From NCBI GenBank assembly GCA_016187025.1, contig JACPKM010000008.1, forward strand, positions 1,361 to 65,360: a stretch of DNA of 64,000 nucleotides, given 5' to 3'. This document shows positions 9,783-18,646 of this stretch, in pieces. Every line of letters starts with the position of its first letter. Position 1 is the stretch's first letter. Below the pieces are notes generated by a model. It was not told where the DNA came from. It did no database searches and was given only the letters and a program-made list of their open reading frames with translations. Origin of the DNA: Candidatus Daviesbacteria bacterium (GTDB lineage: Bacteria; Patescibacteriota; Microgenomatia; Daviesbacterales; UBA10151). The position numbers and the translations under genes were made by a program.

Positions 9783-11051
9783 CTAGTCTAGTATAGCCTC
9801 CTCTAGCTCTTTTACACCTCCGAAAGCTATGCGGTCTGCTACCAGCTCTTTTGTCCCTATCATCCTGGCAGGGGTTATTACAAAGTTTCCCCACCTCTCG
9901 TTTACCTCATCTACGGCTTTTGTTAACTTCTCCTTTTTTTCTATATCTTCAAATAGACACATCTGGGTATTTACACACTTTTGCAGATTAAAAACCGATT
10001 CTGCCAAATTCCTGACCGGTTTTTTATAGGGGGAGTGAGTCATTATTTTAAAAGCTATTTTATAGATATCCCTGGAGTCAAAGATATAATCCGGCAAACT
10101 CACTCCCTGATGCCAAAAGGAGTTATCCCTGTAAACCATGGCTACATGTACCCCTCTTGTCCTATACCCTGCCCTCCGTAGCCTCATTCCGGTCTTTTCT
10201 ACCAGCTTTTGCAGTATTGGAGATAACTGCTCCGGAGTAACCAAAGGTTTTGGCAGGGCATAAGAGTTGCCATAGCTTTTACTGGAAAAATCCACATCAT
10301 CTATCTCCCACCCTCTCAGTCTTAGATACCAATAGTAACCTAACACAGATTCAAAAGCAGCTTTAGTTTTCCAGACTGGAGATTTATAAAAATCCCAAAT
10401 AGTAAAAATTCCCATATGGTTTAGCCTGATGGCATTTTTGGCCTTAATCCCACATAGATCCATCAAACCCAGTTTATGATAGATTCTCTGATAGTTACTT
10501 TTATCAACAACATCCAACCCGTCAGGCTTATGTAAACCGGCTGCTGTTTTGGCCAAAAACCTGTTTGGGGCGATACCTATGGAAACTGTTAACCACTCCC
10601 CTATCTCTGCTTTGATCCTATCCTTTATCTCTTCTGCTGCATTTACCATCCCTTTTTTAAAAGCTGGGTAACCTTCCAGGTCCAAGACAAATTCATCTAT
10701 AGATTTGGGAGTAAGCTTATCTGTGTAATCCAGTAAGATATTTTTCAGCTGGATGTGTACGCTTCTGTATTTCATCGGATCCGGGGAAAGCACAATTAGC
10801 TTTGGATAAAGCATCTTCCCGTCTTTGACTCTCATCCCGGTTTTGATACCAAATTTTTTGGCCTCTACAGAGGGTGCCAGGATACATCCGGAGGGTGTTG
10901 TATAAGCTGCAACTGCAATAGGCTTGCCCCGAAGCTTGGGGTTAGCCTGCTGCTCAATAGTGGCAAAGCATGAGTTTAGATCTATATGCAAAATAGTAGG
11001 ACCCTTAGGATTGAAAGGTAGCTCTAAACTTGGATTAATCACTTTCGCCAT
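9783..11051 (-). CDS. dinB: Y-family DNA polymerase (DinB/UmuC-like)
   Basis: HIDLNSCFA, SIDE and SIGIAPNRFLAK; catalytic acidic residues intact. Confidence 0.9.
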   Translation of the reverse strand: MAKVINPSLELPFNPKGPTILHIDLNSCFATIEQQANPKLRGKPIAVAAYTTPSGCILAPSVEAKKFGIKTGMRVKDGKMLYPKLIVLSPDPMKYRSVHIQLKNILLDYTDKLTPKSIDEFVLDLEGYPAFKKGMVNAAEEIKDRIKAEIGEWLTVSIGIAPNRFLAKTAAGLHKPDGLDVVDKSNYQRIYHKLGLMDLCGIKAKNAIRLNHMGIFTIWDFYKSPVWKTKAAFESVLGYYWYLRLRGWEIDDVDFSSKSYGNSYALPKPLVTPEQLSPILQKLVEKTGMRLRRAGYRTRGVHVAMVYRDNSFWHQGVSLPDYIFDSRDIYKIAFKIMTHSPYKKPVRNLAESVFNLQKCVNTQMCLFEDIEKKEKLTKAVDEVNERWGNFVITPARMIGTKELVADRIAFGGVKELEEAILD

Positions 11052-11295
11052 CTGAGATCTCCTCCAAACTCCAGTGTAGGTTATCCGTATTTAAAACCAG
11101 CCTAAAAAAGAGGCTGGGGCTTTCTACTGAAAAAACATGAAAAAGGGTCCTACCGGTTCTGTACATATGATGAAACCCGACTTTTGTAATAGGGTAGCTT
11201 CTGCCTTCCCAAACTACTACCTCAGGATAAACTTTTCTTACTTTAGGATCAAAAGTGCAGGTAACCAGTACCGGGACGCTAATCTTTTGTAGCAT
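11035..11295 (-). CDS. Small protein co-transcribed with the Y-family polymerase
   Basis: ATG 11295 (MLQKISVPV) follows a TTGATA-18-TATATT promoter; the ORF overlaps the dinB start. Confidence 0.75.
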   Translation of the reverse strand: MLQKISVPVLVTCTFDPKVRKVYPEVVVWEGRSYPITKVGFHHMYRTGRTLFHVFSVESPSLFFRLVLNTDNLHWSLEEISDGESD

Positions 11296-11307
11296 AGATG
11301 TACTATT

Positions 11308-11337
11308 AATATAGTCCGAATAAAACCCAAATATCAA
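11308..11337 (-). promoter_or_regulatory. Sigma70 promoter with TTTGG-N6-TTCGG direct repeat (candidate LexA operator)
   Basis: -35 TTGATA and -10 TATATT; the repeat at 11316-11331 fills the spacer. Confidence 0.5.
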
Positions 11338-11391
11338 TAATTAAAGTTACTGCTGATTCTGTTTAGCTTTGATGTTAAAATAGTTCCGCTT

Positions 11392-13104
11392 ATGAAATGT
11401 CTCCTAGTATTAATAACTTCTTTAGTGTTATTTAATCTTTTTACCGTGAAGGTATCTGCTGTCTATGATCCAATGTCTACTCCTAACAATAAGTTTGGAA
11501 TACATCTGATACAGGCAACACATGATGAGTCATCCCCTGCTGCAGAGCTGGTTAACTCCTCAGGCGGAGACTGGGGTTATGTAACTGTTTTGATTGAGAG
11601 CAAAGACAGAAAAGAAGATAAATGGAATAATTTTTTCAATGATTTAAGAAGAAGGCATTTGATCCCCTTGGTTAGGCTGGCAACTCAACCTGAAGGGGAA
11701 TATTGGAAAAGACCTTATGAAGGTGAAGAACAAGCATGGGCAGATTTTTTGGATAACCTTAACTGGCCAACTAAAAACAGATATGTCATCGTTTATAACG
11801 AACCAAACCATGCCCAGGAATGGGGAAACCAAACTGACCCAAAATTGTATGCAAAAGTTCTAGACAAGACTATTACAGCGCTTAAAAATAAAAATAGGAA
11901 CTTTTTTGTACTCAATGCTGGTTTTGATGCTTCAACCCCTCACCAACCTCCTAAATATATGGACCAATATAGCTTTATGCAACAAATGAATGAGGAGGTA
12001 CCGGGAATATTTGAAAAATTAGACGGTTGGGTTTCTCATTCCTACCCTAATCCTGAATTTTCAGGATCACCTACTAGTACAGGAAGAGGAACAGTCAGAA
12101 CCTGGGTTTGGGAACTGCAGATATTGAGCCAGCTGGGAATTAAGAAGGCTTTACCTATTTTCATTACAGAAACAGGATGGAAACACGCTGAAGGATTAAT
12201 TCAAAATAATTCTTATCTCTCAGCTGAAAAAGTAGCGGAATATTATCAACACGCTTTTCAAAATGCCTGGGCTTCATCAAGAATTGTTTCTATAACACCT
12301 TTTTTACTAAGCTACCAGGAAATTCCTTTTGATCACTTCTCATTTAAAAGAATAAGTACAGACAATGCAGATTCCACAAAGTATTATCCTCAATATCAGG
12401 CACTACAAAGTTTAACAAAGACAAAAGGAAAGCCCTTGCAAGAGAATAAAGCCCAGCTTGAATCAGGTGAGATATATAGAAGCTTAGTAGTAAGTGAAAG
12501 CTATAATATTTCTTTAAGGATTAAAAACATTGGACAAAGCATTTGGAATGATCAGGAAACGGTTAAACTAGTGGCTATCCAAGGCGGAGCGCAACTGGGG
12601 ATAAACTCTATTGAAATCCCAAAAGAAGTTAAAGTTGAGCCCGGCAAAGAATATATCTTTAATTTTTCTATTAAATCACCTCAAGGTGGCCATTTTAAAG
12701 TAGTTTTAAATTTGTTTACGTCAGATAAGCAATTTGAATCAAAGCCTTTTGAGTTTGAGACGGAGGTTAAATCTCCTGTGATCTTGAAAGTGAAAAGCTC
12801 ACTTAAGTGGAAGGGAAATAAGGCAGGAAACTATTTATTAAAAGTCGTTGGAGCAGTTGGCGAAACGGTTCAGAATATTATTTTGAACCCTGAAGGCGAG
12901 TCTGAAGAGATTGAGGCTAGGTATTTACTTCCTGATTACACCTTTGACTTTACTTTATCCCGCCCTTATTATCACCCAATTACTATTAAACAAAAAGTCT
13001 CACCGGGTATAAATATTCTTGATTTTGGCATATTACAGCCTAACTTATTTCCGGCACTTATTAATCCTAGCAAGCTTTGGGAACTACTTCCTTTTACCAC
13101 ATAA
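11392..13104 (+). CDS. Secreted clan GH-A glycoside hydrolase with Ig-like C-terminal domains
   Basis: Signal peptide, VYNEPN acid/base motif, IFITETGW nucleophile motif. Confidence 0.8.
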   Translation: MKCLLVLITSLVLFNLFTVKVSAVYDPMSTPNNKFGIHLIQATHDESSPAAELVNSSGGDWGYVTVLIESKDRKEDKWNNFFNDLRRRHLIPLVRLATQPEGEYWKRPYEGEEQAWADFLDNLNWPTKNRYVIVYNEPNHAQEWGNQTDPKLYAKVLDKTITALKNKNRNFFVLNAGFDASTPHQPPKYMDQYSFMQQMNEEVPGIFEKLDGWVSHSYPNPEFSGSPTSTGRGTVRTWVWELQILSQLGIKKALPIFITETGWKHAEGLIQNNSYLSAEKVAEYYQHAFQNAWASSRIVSITPFLLSYQEIPFDHFSFKRISTDNADSTKYYPQYQALQSLTKTKGKPLQENKAQLESGEIYRSLVVSESYNISLRIKNIGQSIWNDQETVKLVAIQGGAQLGINSIEIPKEVKVEPGKEYIFNFSIKSPQGGHFKVVLNLFTSDKQFESKPFEFETEVKSPVILKVKSSLKWKGNKAGNYLLKVVGAVGETVQNIILNPEGESEEIEARYLLPDYTFDFTLSRPYYHPITIKQKVSPGINILDFGILQPNLFPALINPSKLWELLPFTT

Positions 13105-13212
13105 AACTTATTATTCCTTCAGGTAAGCTCAGTAAAGTACGCATTTATTCAAAACTGGATCTAGTGTCTAAATTCAGGTAAAATACAAATGGTTCTTAAT
13201 ACTTCATTAAAT

Positions 13213-13288
13213 GGTGGCTGTAGCTCAGTGGTAGAGCGTCGGTTTGTGGAACCGAATGTCGCGGGTTCGATCCCCGTCAGTCACCCCA
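13213..13288 (+). tRNA. tRNA-His(GTG)
   Basis: G-1, acceptor GTGGCTG/CAGTCAC, C73, encoded CCA, anticodon loop TTGTGGA. Confidence 0.96.
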
Positions 13289-13357
13289 AAGATTTTTGAG
13301 GCTAATTTAAGATACCGCTGACTGGATTATTGAACCCATAAATCCTATAATCTTCTT

Positions 13358-13696
13358 ATGGTTGAGAAAAGTTGCGTTTATAAACTTATTGATCGAACTC
13401 AAAATATATATACTTCAGGCGGAACGCTATCTGATGCCATAGGACAAATAGATCATTATCAGTCTTTAGTAAGAAGAGCTTATGGTCCAATTAAAAATCC
13501 TCTACACCGAATATTCACCTCTAGAATAGGACTATTAAGTTTAGCGACTTACGAATACGGTCGTTTTAAGGGAATACCTCTTCCTAATTTAAATCATTTA
13601 ATACAAACAGCATGGCCCATTAAAAGAAGAGTCAGACTAATTTTATTTGGCGGCCAAGATATTTTCGACATCAGACCCAACTCTATAGACTTTTAG
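13358..13696 (+). CDS. Hypothetical protein
   Basis: TATAAT lies 6 nt before the ATG (leaderless-type). Confidence 0.55.
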   Translation: MVEKSCVYKLIDRTQNIYTSGGTLSDAIGQIDHYQSLVRRAYGPIKNPLHRIFTSRIGLLSLATYEYGRFKGIPLPNLNHLIQTAWPIKRRVRLILFGGQDIFDIRPNSIDF

Positions 13697-13726
13697 TTGG
13701 GTACAAACAACGTCCAGCCAGGTAAG

Positions 13727-13990
13727 TTATTCTACAGAAAAATGAGGAACCTTCAGGTCTTCCGAAACTTCTACATTTAGTTCTTCCTCAACACCAGTTA
13801 ATCTGGTATCAACTCTCTCAATATTCTGTTGATTAATTTTGTAACTATCGGCACATGATTTAACAGTAACTTCTAACTCAGTTACTGAAGGTAATAATCT
13901 ATTTTCCTGAACATCCTTTAATTCCTTTATATCTTCCCGAAGCGGAGCTATTGCTTCATCTAATATTTTCTTAAACGTATTTTCATCCAT
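13727..13990 (-). CDS. Small coiled-coil protein
   Basis: Heptad-like sequence; TTGTCT-17-TATGAT promoter directly upstream. Confidence 0.75.
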   Translation of the reverse strand: MDENTFKKILDEAIAPLREDIKELKDVQENRLLPSVTELEVTVKSCADSYKINQQNIERVDTRLTGVEEELNVEVSEDLKVPHFSVE

Positions 13991-14021
13991 TAATTAATCA
14001 TATTACCATCTAAATGAAAAG

Positions 14022-14045
14022 ACAAGATATTTTATCTGTATCAGA
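14022..14045. promoter_or_regulatory. Conserved 24-bp upstream element, copy 1 (contains AGATA-N3-TATCT)
   Basis: 22/24 identical to 14744-14767; abuts the -35 box of the minus-strand gene. Confidence 0.6.
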
Positions 14046-14224
14046 CCTTATCGTATTTTGAATAGTAATTCGGAATTAAATAAATAGGTTTAAATTGCTT
14101 TAACCGGGTACAAAGTAAGCAAAGCTTGCGATTCTTCAAACTTTTCGAAGAAGAGTATATAATCTGTCTACTTACCACACTAATGCTAGCTTAGAATTCT
14201 TATTTTTTATTGAAGTTTTTACCT

Positions 14225-14267
14225 CGAAGCTACGTACCGATTTCTGGTACATGGCGAAGCGGGACAG
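14225..14267 (+). repeat. REP-like palindromic element (family B)
   Basis: 40/43 identical to the reverse complement of 56054-56096; GTACC-gatttct-GGTAC hairpin flanked by CGAAGC. Confidence 0.85.
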
Positions 14268-14275
14268 TCCCACGT

Positions 14276-14710
14276 TTATTTATTTTTCTTCACCTTCAAT
14301 TCATGAGCTACAGTTGGCAGCGCTTCAATATCACCGACTCTAGCTTTAAGCACTATAGTTTCATCAATATAAGAATCTAATTTTCTCTCTATTCTTTCAA
14401 CATCTGTTTTATCAGCCTTTTCATCAATAAGCGGTATTAGATGATCAGAAACGAAGTCTACAATTCCTTTAATTACTCTCTTTTCACTGGCAGATATCTC
14501 TTCACTCAGGTCTTGTCTAACGGCAGATATCTCTTCACTCAGGTCTTGTCTAACGGCAGATATCTCTTCACTCAGGTCTTGTCTAACGGCAGATATCTCT
14601 TCACTCAGGTCTTGTCTACTAGTAGATATTTCTTTCTTTATCTCCCCCTTAAATTTATCCAATTTAGAATCCATGAGAGTACTTAGCTTGTTTACATCAT
14701 CATCAGTCAT
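14276..14710 (-). CDS. Coiled-coil protein with 11-aa tandem repeats (EISAVRQDLSE)
   Basis: ORF track and the underlying DNA repeat. Confidence 0.8.
   Translation of the reverse strand: MTDDDVNKLSTLMDSKLDKFKGEIKKEISTSRQDLSEEISAVRQDLSEEISAVRQDLSEEISAVRQDLSEEISASEKRVIKGIVDFVSDHLIPLIDEKADKTDVERIERKLDSYIDETIVLKARVGDIEALPTVAHELKVKKNK
14489..14618. repeat. 33-bp coding tandem repeat, about 4 copies
   Basis: GGCAGATATCTCTTCACTCAGGTCTTGTCTAAC starting at 14489, 14522, 14555 and 14588. Confidence 0.95.
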
Positions 14711-14743
14711 ATAATCTTATATTAGTAGGGAAGGGATAAAATT

Positions 14744-14767
14744 ACAAGATAACTTATCTGTATCAGA
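14744..14767. promoter_or_regulatory. Conserved 24-bp upstream element, copy 2
   Basis: ACAAGATAACTTATCTGTATCAGA, with perfect AGATAA-C-TTATCT palindrome. Confidence 0.6.
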
Positions 14768-14801
14768 AGGCTTTTAATAAAAGCTATAATTAAGTTAGCA
14801 T

Positions 14802-17198
14802 ATGAAGATGTATTCCAAATTCTTGCTCCCATGGTTTATTTTCCGCAGGAAAACAGTCCCATGGTTTATTTTCCGCAGGAAAACAGTCCCATGGTTTATT
14901 TTGTTGATAACATTACTGTTTTTCTATAAAGCTTTCTTGGGCCTTATTCCCTTGCCTGCAGATTTGATTACAGGTGCTTATTATCCTTGGCTTGATTACA
15001 AGTGGGGTAACAGTGTAGGAGTACCTGTTAAAAATTCCTTGCCTACAGATGCAGTATCAATAATCTATCCACTAAGATCTTATGCCTCCGATCTAATTAA
15101 ACAAGGCCAGCTGCCTTTATGGAACCCTTTAATGTTTACTGGATATCCTTTAATCGCGAGTCAGCCGCTTGGGTTATACTTTCCGACATTTGTATATTAT
15201 CTAATTTTTTCAAAGCAGCTGGCATGGACTTTGCAAATAATCTCTCAGGTATTAATCGCTTCCTTTTCCATGTATTTTTTAGCAAGGCACTTGGCCTTAA
15301 GCAAACTTTCCAGCCTTTTTTCTTCCATTTCTTTTGGTTTTGGAGGTTTCTCTTTAATATGGCTTGAATGGAATACCCAATCAACAGCAAGCGCACTATT
15401 ACCGCTTCTCATCTTGCTTGAGGATAAGTTAATAGTCACCAAGAAAATTAAATGGGTTTCGCCTTTAGCTTTAGCATTTACTTTGCAGCTTTTCTCGGGA
15501 TATTTTCCCGTAACCATTTTTTCAGTTCTGGCAATGTTTATTTGGTTTCTTTTTAGGAAATCTGTAAAGGGTACATTTTTACTTTTTCTATCTCTTGCTC
15601 TTGGCGTAGGCCTGGGAGGTGTTTTACTACTTCCTGCTTTTGAACTTTTTCAAAATTCTCAGAGATTGTTTGAAGTTCTAGATAAACCTGATGCTTTTAC
15701 ACCTTTTATATATCTCATTAATCTGCTGATTCCTGATTTTTTTGGAAACCCGGCTACAGCTAATTTTTGGGCTCCGGGTAATTACTTAAACGTTGCTTTA
15801 TACTGCGGGGTTTTAACTATCGTTTTGGCTATGGTTGCCACTTATCTTACCTCTAGGCAAAAATTAACTTTAACTCTTTTGGCGATATTTGTTATTACAA
15901 TGCTCGTTACTTTAGATAACCCACTATCAAGGTTCCTATATGAGATGGGAGTTTGGGGTGGGTCTTCAATGACTATGAACAGATCCTTTTTCCTGATTAA
16001 TTTTAGTCTCGGTTTACTTGCAGGTATTGGTTTGGAGAAAATGAATCATAAACTAGTGAAAAGCTATTTGATCTCAACCTTAGTAATTGGTTTTGCCTTA
16101 CTAATATCTTTTCTTGCTTCTTTTTCTTTGAGGAGCATGGAGCCAAATCTGATGATAAGTTTTAAAAATATAATTTTGCCTCTTGTCCTCGTTTTTGCAA
16201 CTCTTATCCTTTTTTTAGCCTACAAAATATTCAATATCAGCGAGTCTTTTGTACAACTTGGACTTGTTGTTTTGCTAACTTTGGAGCTATTTAGATTTGG
16301 CTGGAAATTTAATAGTTTTACTCCTGAAAAATATATTTACCCTCCAACGGATTTAACAGACTTTCTAATAAAGCATCCTAATTCAAGATTTGTAAGCGAA
16401 ACGACAATCCTACCTCCTAATATGTGGGTTCCTTATATGCTTGAATCACCAAGTGGGTACGATTCTGTTTATCCTTTAAATATTGCAAAACTCATTGCTG
16501 TCATAAACTCACATGATGTTACAGCCTCGCCTCAAACAAAAAACGGTGTTATCACCTCTTACACTTCCCCTATGCTCAGAATTACAGGAACAAGGTTTAT
16601 TATAGTTCCCAAAAGAGACAAACAAGATATAAAGAAAACCGGCTCCATAGAGCCTAAACTACAAAATCCTAATTTTAAAAAAGTCTTTGAATCAGGAAGT
16701 ATTGTTGTTTTGGAAAATACTAATTATTTGCCAAGGGCCTATCTTACATCAAAGGTGATCAAGCAAAATCAGCAGGACACCTTATTGACCTTAATGGATG
16801 AAGGATTTCTACCTCTGGAAAAAACTTTAAGCGAAGATTTTGAGATAGATAACCAAAGTAATCAAAAAATTAGACAAATACCCTCCTATAAAGCAATAGC
16901 AAACAACCATGTCCAGGTAATAACAGATTCTGATATTGATTCGATGCTGGTTGTATTAAATAACTTTTATCCTGGCTGGGAAGCTAAAATCGATTCGGTT
17001 CCCACAAGAATACACAGGGTTAATTACTCCTTTAATGGTGTCTATGTTCCAAAGGGTAAACATATAATAGATTTTTACTATATCCCAAAAGCTTTAATAT
17101 ATGGGGCTTTAATATCTCTTTTATCAGGGTGTATTTTAATTTTTATCCTTGTAAGCAAATTTACCAACATCAATTTTGGTAACATCCAATATCGTTAA
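14802..17198 (+). CDS. YfhO-family polytopic membrane glycosyltransferase (GT-C fold)
   Basis: PLWNPLMFTGYP, many TM segments, C-terminal FYPGWEAKID...GVYVPKGKH. Confidence 0.85.
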   Translation: MKMYSKFLLPWFIFRRKTVPWFIFRRKTVPWFILLITLLFFYKAFLGLIPLPADLITGAYYPWLDYKWGNSVGVPVKNSLPTDAVSIIYPLRSYASDLIKQGQLPLWNPLMFTGYPLIASQPLGLYFPTFVYYLIFSKQLAWTLQIISQVLIASFSMYFLARHLALSKLSSLFSSISFGFGGFSLIWLEWNTQSTASALLPLLILLEDKLIVTKKIKWVSPLALAFTLQLFSGYFPVTIFSVLAMFIWFLFRKSVKGTFLLFLSLALGVGLGGVLLLPAFELFQNSQRLFEVLDKPDAFTPFIYLINLLIPDFFGNPATANFWAPGNYLNVALYCGVLTIVLAMVATYLTSRQKLTLTLLAIFVITMLVTLDNPLSRFLYEMGVWGGSSMTMNRSFFLINFSLGLLAGIGLEKMNHKLVKSYLISTLVIGFALLISFLASFSLRSMEPNLMISFKNIILPLVLVFATLILFLAYKIFNISESFVQLGLVVLLTLELFRFGWKFNSFTPEKYIYPPTDLTDFLIKHPNSRFVSETTILPPNMWVPYMLESPSGYDSVYPLNIAKLIAVINSHDVTASPQTKNGVITSYTSPMLRITGTRFIIVPKRDKQDIKKTGSIEPKLQNPNFKKVFESGSIVVLENTNYLPRAYLTSKVIKQNQQDTLLTLMDEGFLPLEKTLSEDFEIDNQSNQKIRQIPSYKAIANNHVQVITDSDIDSMLVVLNNFYPGWEAKIDSVPTRIHRVNYSFNGVYVPKGKHIIDFYYIPKALIYGALISLLSGCILIFILVSKFTNINFGNIQYR
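14827..14902. repeat. 30-bp coding tandem repeat, 2.5 copies (PWFIFRRKTV)
   Basis: TCCCATGGTTTATTTTCCGCAGGAAAACAG twice, plus a partial copy. Confidence 0.95.
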
Positions 17199-17210
17199 TT
17201 AACTCCAACA

Positions 17211-17259
17211 TTGACAAATGCAACACTCTTGCATATATTAAATGCAATCATACCGCATC
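17211..17259 (+). promoter_or_regulatory. Sigma70 promoter with two Zur/Fur-type boxes
   Basis: TTGACA-17-TATATT; ATGCAA-N5-TTGCAT at 17218-17234 and a degenerate copy at 17242-17258. Confidence 0.75.
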
Positions 17260-17260
17260 T

Positions 17261-17695
17261 ATGGTAGTACAAGTTAAACATGATTGTAAAATAGAGTTAC
17301 ATAAGGTTGCTTTAAAAGCAACCCCTGCGCGTCTTGCAACCCTAAAAGTGCTTGAGGCAGCAAGCAAGCCCCTTGATGTAGCAACCATAAAATCAAAACT
17401 TAAAAAAGACGGGATTAATGCAGACCCGGCAACAATATTTCGAATGATGAATTCTTTCTCTGATAAAGGATTAGTCAGGGAAATTAATTTACAGGAAAGT
17501 AAACTGCGCTATGAGTATTCAGCCAAAGAGGATCACCATCACCTACTTTGTGAAAGCTGCGGCTCAATAGAAGATATTTCTGATTGTAATATTGAGACTT
17601 GGGAAAAGGAACTGCGGGAGAAAAAAGGATTTATGATAAAACATCATTCACTTGAATTTTTTGGGCTCTGTAAAAACTGCCAGAAATTAATATGA
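17261..17695 (+). CDS. zur: Fur-family regulator, probably Zur
   Basis: HHHLLCESCG and GLCKNC; first gene of the Zn ABC operon. Confidence 0.85.
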   Translation: MVVQVKHDCKIELHKVALKATPARLATLKVLEAASKPLDVATIKSKLKKDGINADPATIFRMMNSFSDKGLVREINLQESKLRYEYSAKEDHHHLLCESCGSIEDISDCNIETWEKELREKKGFMIKHHSLEFFGLCKNCQKLI

Positions 17696-18603
17696 AATTT
17701 TTAAAAGATAATTTAGCAGTCATTGGTATTATATTAGTAGTTGCAGCAACTGCTTCTGTATTTATCCCAAAAGTTGGCCCATTTAATACTAAACAGTCCG
17801 GTGTTGATGAAAAGTTACAGGTAACTACTTCGTTCTACCCTCTTTGGTATTTTGCAACACAAATTGGTGGAAATAAAGCAGATGTGACAAATATCACTCC
17901 TGCAGGCGTAGAACCACATGATTACGACCCTTCAACACAAAATATAGCAAGAATTGAAAGCGGAGATATGCTTGTTTTGAATGGTAGCCTAGAAACTTGG
18001 GCGGATAAAATAAAAGGAAACCTCAAGGGAACAAATATCAAAATAGTGATAGCAGGAGAAGGTCTGTTTACAAAGCCACAAGACCCTCATATTTGGCTTG
18101 ATCCTAAGCTTGCAAAAAGGCAAGTCAAAAAAATAACAGAAGGATATGCAGAAATCGATCCTATAAATGGAGGTTACTATCAAGATAATGAAAAGAAACT
18201 TAGCCAGAAACTGGATGAGCTTGATAACCAGTTTAAAGAGGGACTTAAGTCATGCAGAAGAAAGGACATGGTTACTTCTCATACAGCATTTGCATATCTT
18301 GCAGGGTCGTATGGGCTAAATCAGGTTGCAATTTCTGGACTTTCTCCTGATGAGCAGCCTCCTGCACAACAACTTGCAAAAGTAGCCGAGTTTGCAAAAA
18401 AAGAAAATGTTAAATATATTTTCTTTGAGAGTTTAGTGAGTCCAAAGCTTTCAGAAACTATTGCAAACGAAGCCGGAGCCCAAACTTTGGTACTTGATCC
18501 TATTGAAGGGTTATCAGATGATGATATTAAAGAAGGGAAAGATTATTTCAGTCTGATGCAGGAAAACCTGAAGAATTTGCAAATCGCTCTACAATGTTTG
18601 TAA
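17692..18603 (+). CDS. znuA: Zinc ABC transporter substrate-binding protein
   Basis: GVEPHDYDP, DPHIWLDP and HTAFAY. Confidence 0.9.
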   Translation: MKFLKDNLAVIGIILVVAATASVFIPKVGPFNTKQSGVDEKLQVTTSFYPLWYFATQIGGNKADVTNITPAGVEPHDYDPSTQNIARIESGDMLVLNGSLETWADKIKGNLKGTNIKIVIAGEGLFTKPQDPHIWLDPKLAKRQVKKITEGYAEIDPINGGYYQDNEKKLSQKLDELDNQFKEGLKSCRRKDMVTSHTAFAYLAGSYGLNQVAISGLSPDEQPPAQQLAKVAEFAKKENVKYIFFESLVSPKLSETIANEAGAQTLVLDPIEGLSDDDIKEGKDYFSLMQENLKNLQIALQCL

Positions 18604-18646
18604 AGCATTGAGATCAAATGTAACCAATAAGAACCTGTCTTTTCCG

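Noticed and set aside
13123-13136. GTAAG/GTAAA pair near tRNA-His as a regulon box
   Set aside because: 9-bp spacing and no adjacent minus-strand gene start.
14489-14618. Possible CRISPR array (33-bp repeats)
   Set aside because: Units are head-to-tail with no spacers, lie in frame within a CDS, and no cas genes are present.
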